Shown in pieces: positions 59,701-64,000 of a stretch of DNA of 64,000 nt (position 1 is the stretch's first letter; every line of letters begins with the position of its first letter). Below the pieces are notes generated by a model, which was given only the letters and a program-made list of their open reading frames with translations, did no database searches and was not told where the DNA came from. The position numbers and the translations under genes were made by a program. Source of the stretch: Rhodosorus marinus CCMP1338 (lineage: Eukaryota > Plantae > Rhodophyta). The stretch lies in assembly GCA_029953675.1 (NCBI GenBank), contig JAMWBK010000001.1, positions 1,240,001-1,304,000 of the forward strand, given 5' to 3'.

Positions 59701-60540
59701 ATGCTCTTCGAGACTGGAATTGTTATCCCCGCGGGGGCTGAAGTGACGTTTGCAATTCCTGGACGGTGCTCGACGATCAGCTTCACAGTCGGAGCGGGCA
59801 AGGGAGCGGACTTTGGAGACACCGAGTTGGTGACTAGTGTGGACGGGGAGGCGGTGTGTACGGATCAGAACTTTTTCCATCGCGACGGAGCGAGGACATT
59901 CTCGTGCAACGTGGAAGGAGGGGAGGAACTGAAGCTTGAGGCCGTCCCAGGGGATACTGGTGGCGCGATTATTGTCGGGGAGGCAGAACTGGACTGTACC
60001 GTTGGAACTCGGAAACCTCTGTGTGAGATGTCCTCGCTTCCTAGCAGCTTTCGGATTGGAGACACAATCGAGTATGCGGGGCAAGGCTACCGCTTCAACG
60101 GAGAGGAGCTAGCTGCGAGCGCAATCAGCTGGGATATCACGCTTGTCCATTGTGAGCCGGAATGTCACGACCATCCGGAAACCAGGGTAGAAGGCAGGGA
60201 TAGCGGGAGCTACGAGATTCCCGATCACGGGGACTACTTCTTTATTAGGATCGACTGCACGGTGACGGACGGGGGTGAGACCTCTAAGACGACAGCGAGC
60301 GTGCTTCCGGAGACGGCATTGATAACGGTTGAATCGGTGCCTACCGGGAAGGTCGCCACCGTCGATGGCACGAACGGCGAGACGCCCCTCTCGAAAACAG
60401 TGGTCGTAGGCTCGACGTTCATAGTGGACGTCGACCCCGTTGGATTCGGGATCTGGTCCCATGACAATACCCTCAGTTCAAATTTTGACTACTCACTCAC
60501 GGATGGCACCCCCATTGTCTTCATCGCCAAGTTCAACTAA
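56755..60540 (+). CDS. Secreted PQQ-dependent sugar dehydrogenase (glucose/sorbosone dehydrogenase beta-propeller) with 2 Ig-like (Big_5-like) and 3 NPCBM-like modules; 1261 aa, intronless
   Basis: HSMGGLLVDPEGRLWIGIGD, LYGKLLRVDRDG..LPANPF, ALGLRNPW, SDVGQ...EEFNLIEPGANYGWP; RPEVVGIVP/APTVESFEP Ig-like starts; GRRFRKGL...GLDD...VVFTVAADGTVVYDS and YKNGLGMQSNAKVSYDLGG NPCBM-like segments; C-terminal WDITLVHC..CHDHP...PDH segment. Confidence 0.9.
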   Translation: MRGGVVALAVIALTFQQVVVGVALTKVDFEDAPVVEDIDGLPTSFAFLPRGQTDRILVTDYRGMVQVVVKGAVQEKLFLDERVSQADLDGWTGYPKVWDRGLAPEYRSVAVDSDFDNHPFVYLSYIHYVERVRRTPPQGFVVRYRVSDDLSEVIRSSKTVVLGGYVNGNCTQVSTSEDNICITYAGHSMGGLLVDPEGRLWIGIGDAAVPDDSDKPSVMQCQDVDSLYGKLLRVDRDGKGLPANPFYNGDPDANRSKVMALGLRNPWNTHWDAELGTPWQSDVGQVTREEFNLIEPGANYGWPCMEAELDRFQFGIFDECADMFNEVPPSSGASYVGTIVGPKLSYSREEGTVITSALRVKIEGWPDAFNNGVYYSDYSGNWIRYVKVDDVGNVVSAPLEFATEIPGPISIQTGSDGCLYYLALGSSQIGRICYRENNSRPEVVGIVPPDGFMRASRSTLVEVAVSKKVTAESAQGAIVVADTTSGDVVAGYVEQDEVRNVLTFVPDELLKEDAEYTVTVSGLTDLKNLSMTDEVASTFLTGRGFIQYVSDLALAVDPTPDSLVRDTAIDGVTPILIRGRRFRKGLSFVPVVQVEVQVPVDCTSIEGYYGLDDTNFWIFAGAVVFTVAADGTVVYDSTADGLGFASRKIDPAFFFKLDVESGSILTLKGDFGDGNTKERNNHGVWADVRFRCGNIDSRAPTVESFEPADGATTSIDLVIRITFDEVMNYNTVIQAVNIASADGRRIPWLPVESAEPRQFALELEDLGFDTTYVVSVSKTAVDVSGNRLEEDVQWSFITELPPASGEKLQIVGDLIPKHSRGGASFDGFPRRLSPGVKIYKNGLGMQSNAKVSYDLGGLACTRLKGLTGKDAAAGGDSGACRLRVLSGASQEASRVRLDRYPRAAQRSRGLNVGLGGDSYLEIKLSAGGDGGRAKDLCDIARARVECDGVDIYLTKFTPLSEQGVVERNRSAVRLPLQLLRSSMLFETGIVIPAGAEVTFAIPGRCSTISFTVGAGKGADFGDTELVTSVDGEAVCTDQNFFHRDGARTFSCNVEGGEELKLEAVPGDTGGAIIVGEAELDCTVGTRKPLCEMSSLPSSFRIGDTIEYAGQGYRFNGEELAASAISWDITLVHCEPECHDHPETRVEGRDSGSYEIPDHGDYFFIRIDCTVTDGGETSKTTASVLPETALITVESVPTGKVATVDGTNGETPLSKTVVVGSTFIVDVDPVGFGIWSHDNTLSSNFDYSLTDGTPIVFIAKFN

Positions 60541-61784
60541 CGCCCAGTGAGAAGCTTGAGCACGAAGGGACCCACTCCCGACTGTAGTAAACAGCCGAGC
60601 TCTCGGCGACGTTTCTCAAAATTCTATTGCAAACATGAAACAAACACTTTTAGGACTTATGATTGGATATGTTCCACGTACTTATTAATAAAAACGCCTG
60701 ACTGAACAAAATATTTTGTTAATGTAAATATTTTCGATGGATTGATTGGTTATCTCCATATTGTTTTCATTAGTTTTGTGCGTGGTGAAGGCGAAGCTCC
60801 CAGGAGCGGGGGCAAGAGGTTCTCCCTGCGAGGTAAAGACAAGATGACTCGTCAGTTTGGAACAAAGCGTTGGAACTCCATATGTGATCTAGTCTCCTCG
60901 TCCTAGTCTACTCCTGCATCTAATGCTAACGTGGGTATATGTACAATCCATTCTGGAGCATCAAACGGGTGGAAAACTGCAGCATTCTTCATCTCGAGGG
61001 CAATTTGTGTACGCCCCAGGCCCGCCTTAGCTGCGTTGTGGAAGGTACTAAGATCTACACAATCAACGTATTCATTCATTTCGTCAATGATGATGGTTTT
61101 ACTAACATAGCCTTACGCGCTACGCAAGACATCATCAGGATTAGGTACAAGGAGCTGTAGCGTGCGAGCTCGGCTAGCATGCAGCTAGTATATCGCCATA
61201 AAGCGACAGGGGCGCTGAGATATTCGGCTGTGTGCCCAATAAGGTCTTTGCAAAGTCAGTCCCTTGTTGACTGTTCAAGGCGGTCGATCAATCGAACCAT
61301 CTGAATTCTCATTGACTTTGCGAAACATATCGATTCGCTTACGATATACAATCATACGGCGGGACTAAAATGACTAATCTTGAAGGCGAATCGCGCGCAC
61401 GCGTCTCTCCCACATCAAGTCAGGCCCTGGATCGCGTGCACAAGAGTGCGAGTCTTGCGGTACTAGCAGTGTGCGCCTGTTCTGGAGAACGACCTAAATT
61501 TTGAGATGTTGAGCCTCTCGAATTTATCCAGGCTCTAGAGAGCACTCTTGTGCGAGTCTAGTCCAGTTTACGTTTGAGCTCTTGCGGTACTAGCAGTGTA
61601 CGCCTGTTCTGGAGAACGAACGATCTAAGTTTTGAGATGTTAAGCGGCACGAATTTTTCCAGGCTCTAGAGATCATCGACGAAACAGTCCGCTCTATTTC
61701 TGATACGCAATTGAAAAGCCTCAAGGCAGTTTTACATAACTTATGCTGGTGAAAGTTTCTAATCATAGACTGAAAGAAAAAACC

Positions 61785-62300
61785 CCGAGGAGAAAAAAGG
61801 ACTAAGCGCGGCGAAGATCGCGCGCCTCCAACATCAAAGTAGCGTTCATTCGCCTCAGCAAGAAACTTAATCGGGTACACAACGAGGACAGGACGGTCAG
61901 GGCCTTCGCGGAACAATTCCCGAAGCCAACGAGAACCAACGGAATCGATAAACCCAAAGTACTCAATGACCAGAGGTACCAGGCGATGAGCTAGAGCCGA
62001 AGCACGAATGCCGGGGGAAGACAAGGCCCCCGCATATTTCAACTCTTTGCGACGTCTCATATTGGCAGCGGCAAATCCACGGCGCTATCCCCAAGCAGGT
62101 AAACAGCGACCAGCCTGAGGATTAGGAACAACAAGATCAACGTACGTCGTACGGCGGTTATCGTCACACGAGGTCAGCCACGCGGCGTTCATCATTCTGG
62201 TAGTCTGGGACAGGCAGGGGCTTCTCACGTTCAAATTCAAGACCGGCTTGTCGTACGATAGGTCGAAGTTCGCGGTATAACAGGTTCAAGATCCGTGCAT
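61785..62300 (-). mobile_element. Family B 3' fragment
   Basis: RRRKELKYAGALSSPGIRASALAHRLVPLVIEYFGFIDSVGSRWLRELFRE. Confidence 0.88.
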
Positions 62301-62303
62301 GTC

Positions 62304-62434
62304 GGGTTGTGCCAAGTGGGGTGGGTTTTTTTGCCGTTTACGACCCCGAAGTAGTTAAACCCGTTAAAACAGGGGGTTTTATGGGGGGGTTTGGGTAGTA
62401 AACAGCAAAAAACCCGACCCACTTGCCGCAACCC
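62304..62434. repeat. Imperfect inverted repeat, arms about 33-43 bp, spacer about 46 nt
   Basis: CAAGTGGGGTGGGTTTTTTTGCCGTTTACGACCC versus the reverse complement CAAGTGGGTCGGGTTTTTTGCTGTTTACTACCC. Confidence 0.85.
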
Positions 62435-62760
62435 TACACTAAGATTCATAGTCTTGTCATCGGGAGCGCCTTGGATTTGCCGATGCCAGTATATAAGTCA
62501 AAGTGGTGGCTGTGAGTTGTTGTCGAGGATTGGGGTTTTGTTTCTTTTTCGGTCGCGAGCGTGTTCGTTTACGGGAAGCGCTTCCTCTGGTACGCCTTCC
62601 CCTCGATTTTCCGCGGTGCGTCGTTTGCATTTGCAACTACTTCTGTCTTCCGGGTGGGTGTGTTGCGGGGCCTTTCCTATTTGGGTTGGGTTTGGTCGAT
62701 TATTCTCTCGGTGCGGTTTCATATTGGTGGTGCAACGTTTACTTTGCGCATTCCCTCAGG

Positions 62761-64000
62761 ATGGTAGGGATATCTCCGCGCTCGACGGAGCCTCCTCCCA
62801 AGGAGGCACTGCCAGGTGGGGGACTCCGTATTCGCCTCAGCTGCGGCACGTTTTCTTCCGAGGTTGACTTGGAAGGCGCTTCTGGAACCCAGGCGCGTGC
62901 ACTTATCTCCACTGTCACCAGCCTGATCACGGCTGCGAGTGATCGTGGAGTGCTCCCTCAGCTCACCCAGAAGCTAGGTGGGCTGGAATCGGGATTGCTG
63001 GCCGGGTCAAATTCAAATTCGGACGAGAATTTGAATTGCCCCAGAGTGGCAACGTTGGCTGAAGGCAGTCAACATCAGGTCAATCAACATGAACCTGTCC
63101 CGGGACAGGCGAGGGCGGTTGCTTCTGCACGGGACAGTACGACGTTGGGGAGCGGCAGGCCGGGCCAAAACGCGCTTCAGCGCTCGGGGACTCGAGGCAA
63201 TGGTGGTGGTGACTGTGCGGCAACCGGTGTGGAGGAGACTCCAGCTGTGGACTTCCCTCTCTTGGACCAGCCCTCAGGTGGTCACCAGCTCCCGGCTACT
63301 GCGGGGGCACGTGGTGGCCGCAAGGGGGGCGCTTCGTACGCATCACTCTTGCGGAAGGGCACCACTGCCACACGTACGGCGGCCATGCTCCGTTTACTAC
63401 CATCTCGCGAGCCTCAGGATGGACCTGTGGAGACCACTCTCCAATTTCTGTGGGTGCGAAATGTCCGGCCCCAGACTACACGAGGACAGGTTCCGTCTAT
63501 GCGAGACTTCCGGGACACTTTTGCGGAATCGTTAGGGTGCAGCCGGGGTGATTTCTTCTTCGCAAACTATGAGGGCCGCGATGTGCTTTTTTTGGTCTCC
63601 GCAACCGCCGCCAAGTACCTGGAGGCCTTGCTGGCGAAGCCTACCGAGCAGTGGCCTGAGAGCGCCCGGTGGCTGCGCTGCAACCCGCAGGTGGTTTTGC
63701 ACTTCGATTTTGACCGTTTCTCGGGCAATTTCCTGTCTCCGGGAGAAACGGCAGGGCTCTCTGAGCATGAGAGCAGCGTGAAGGCGGCAGCGATCCATTG
63801 GCTACGGATTCAGCGCCTTGAGAGGATCTTGTTGGAGCGGTTCCGGTCGGGCCCTCGTCACTTGCGCATGGCGGTATCCAGCTTCTTCGATCTGGAGAGG
63901 CGACTTGTGCTGACTTCGCGCTACAAGACAGAGCTGCAGCGGGTGGGGATTTTGGAGGGCTCTGCTTCCAGCACCACTTCCAGCGAGAGTGGTGAGGCAG
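62761..64000 (+). CDS. Long ORF running off the window edge (>413 codons), probably the ORF1/gag-like protein of a retroelement
   Basis: Manual frame-1 translation is stop-free from 62497 to the end. ATG at 62761: MVGISPRSTEPPPK...GGASYASLLRKG...LQFLWVRNVRP...AAAIHWLRIQRLERIL...AVSSFFDLE. Absent from the ORF track because it has no stop in the window. Confidence 0.7.
   Translation, partial: MVGISPRSTEPPPKEALPGGGLRIRLSCGTFSSEVDLEGASGTQARALISTVTSLITAASDRGVLPQLTQKLGGLESGLLAGSNSNSDENLNCPRVATLAEGSQHQVNQHEPVPGQARAVASARDSTTLGSGRPGQNALQRSGTRGNGGGDCAATGVEETPAVDFPLLDQPSGGHQLPATAGARGGRKGGASYASLLRKGTTATRTAAMLRLLPSREPQDGPVETTLQFLWVRNVRPQTTRGQVPSMRDFRDTFAESLGCSRGDFFFANYEGRDVLFLVSATAAKYLEALLAKPTEQWPESARWLRCNPQVVLHFDFDRFSGNFLSPGETAGLSEHESSVKAAAIHWLRIQRLERILLERFRSGPRHLRMAVSSFFDLERRLVLTSRYKTELQRVGILEGSASSTTSSESGEA

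Noticed and set aside
61452-61672. About 95-bp direct repeat with about 128-bp period
   Set aside because: Real, but looks like an ordinary local duplication with no structure or other copies seen.

Overview
Eukaryotic genomic DNA, about 50% GC with AT-rich islands and short 75-94 nt GT-AG introns. The taxon cannot be determined from sequence alone; a unicellular alga or a fungus-like lineage is plausible. About one third of the window, by my boundaries, is retroelement debris. This is mostly 5'-truncated CRE-like non-LTR retrotransposons with a C-terminal zinc knuckle and restriction-like endonuclease (RLE), from several lineages (labelled A, B, C, D here), plus Ty1/copia remnants. Nine host genes are supported: four intact germin/spherulin-like cupin paralogues, two orphan secreted proteins, a secreted protein with 20 tandem 11-aa repeats and two homologous 6-Cys domains (the second beyond an in-frame TAG), a retinol-dehydrogenase-like SDR, and an intronless 1261-aa bacterial-type PQQ/glucose-sorbosone dehydrogenase with Ig-like and NPCBM-like modules. 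Eight of the nine have predicted signal peptides. The most unusual signals are: retrotransposon junctions that carry copies of the element's own 3' end, tail-only micro-insertions with target-site duplications (TSDs), an AGT-initial target preference, the possible stop-readthrough wall protein, a 363-bp perfect palindrome, a perfect 31-bp hairpin, and a >413-codon ORF at the right edge that the ORF track missed. All domain calls are by motif recognition by eye; no database search was run.
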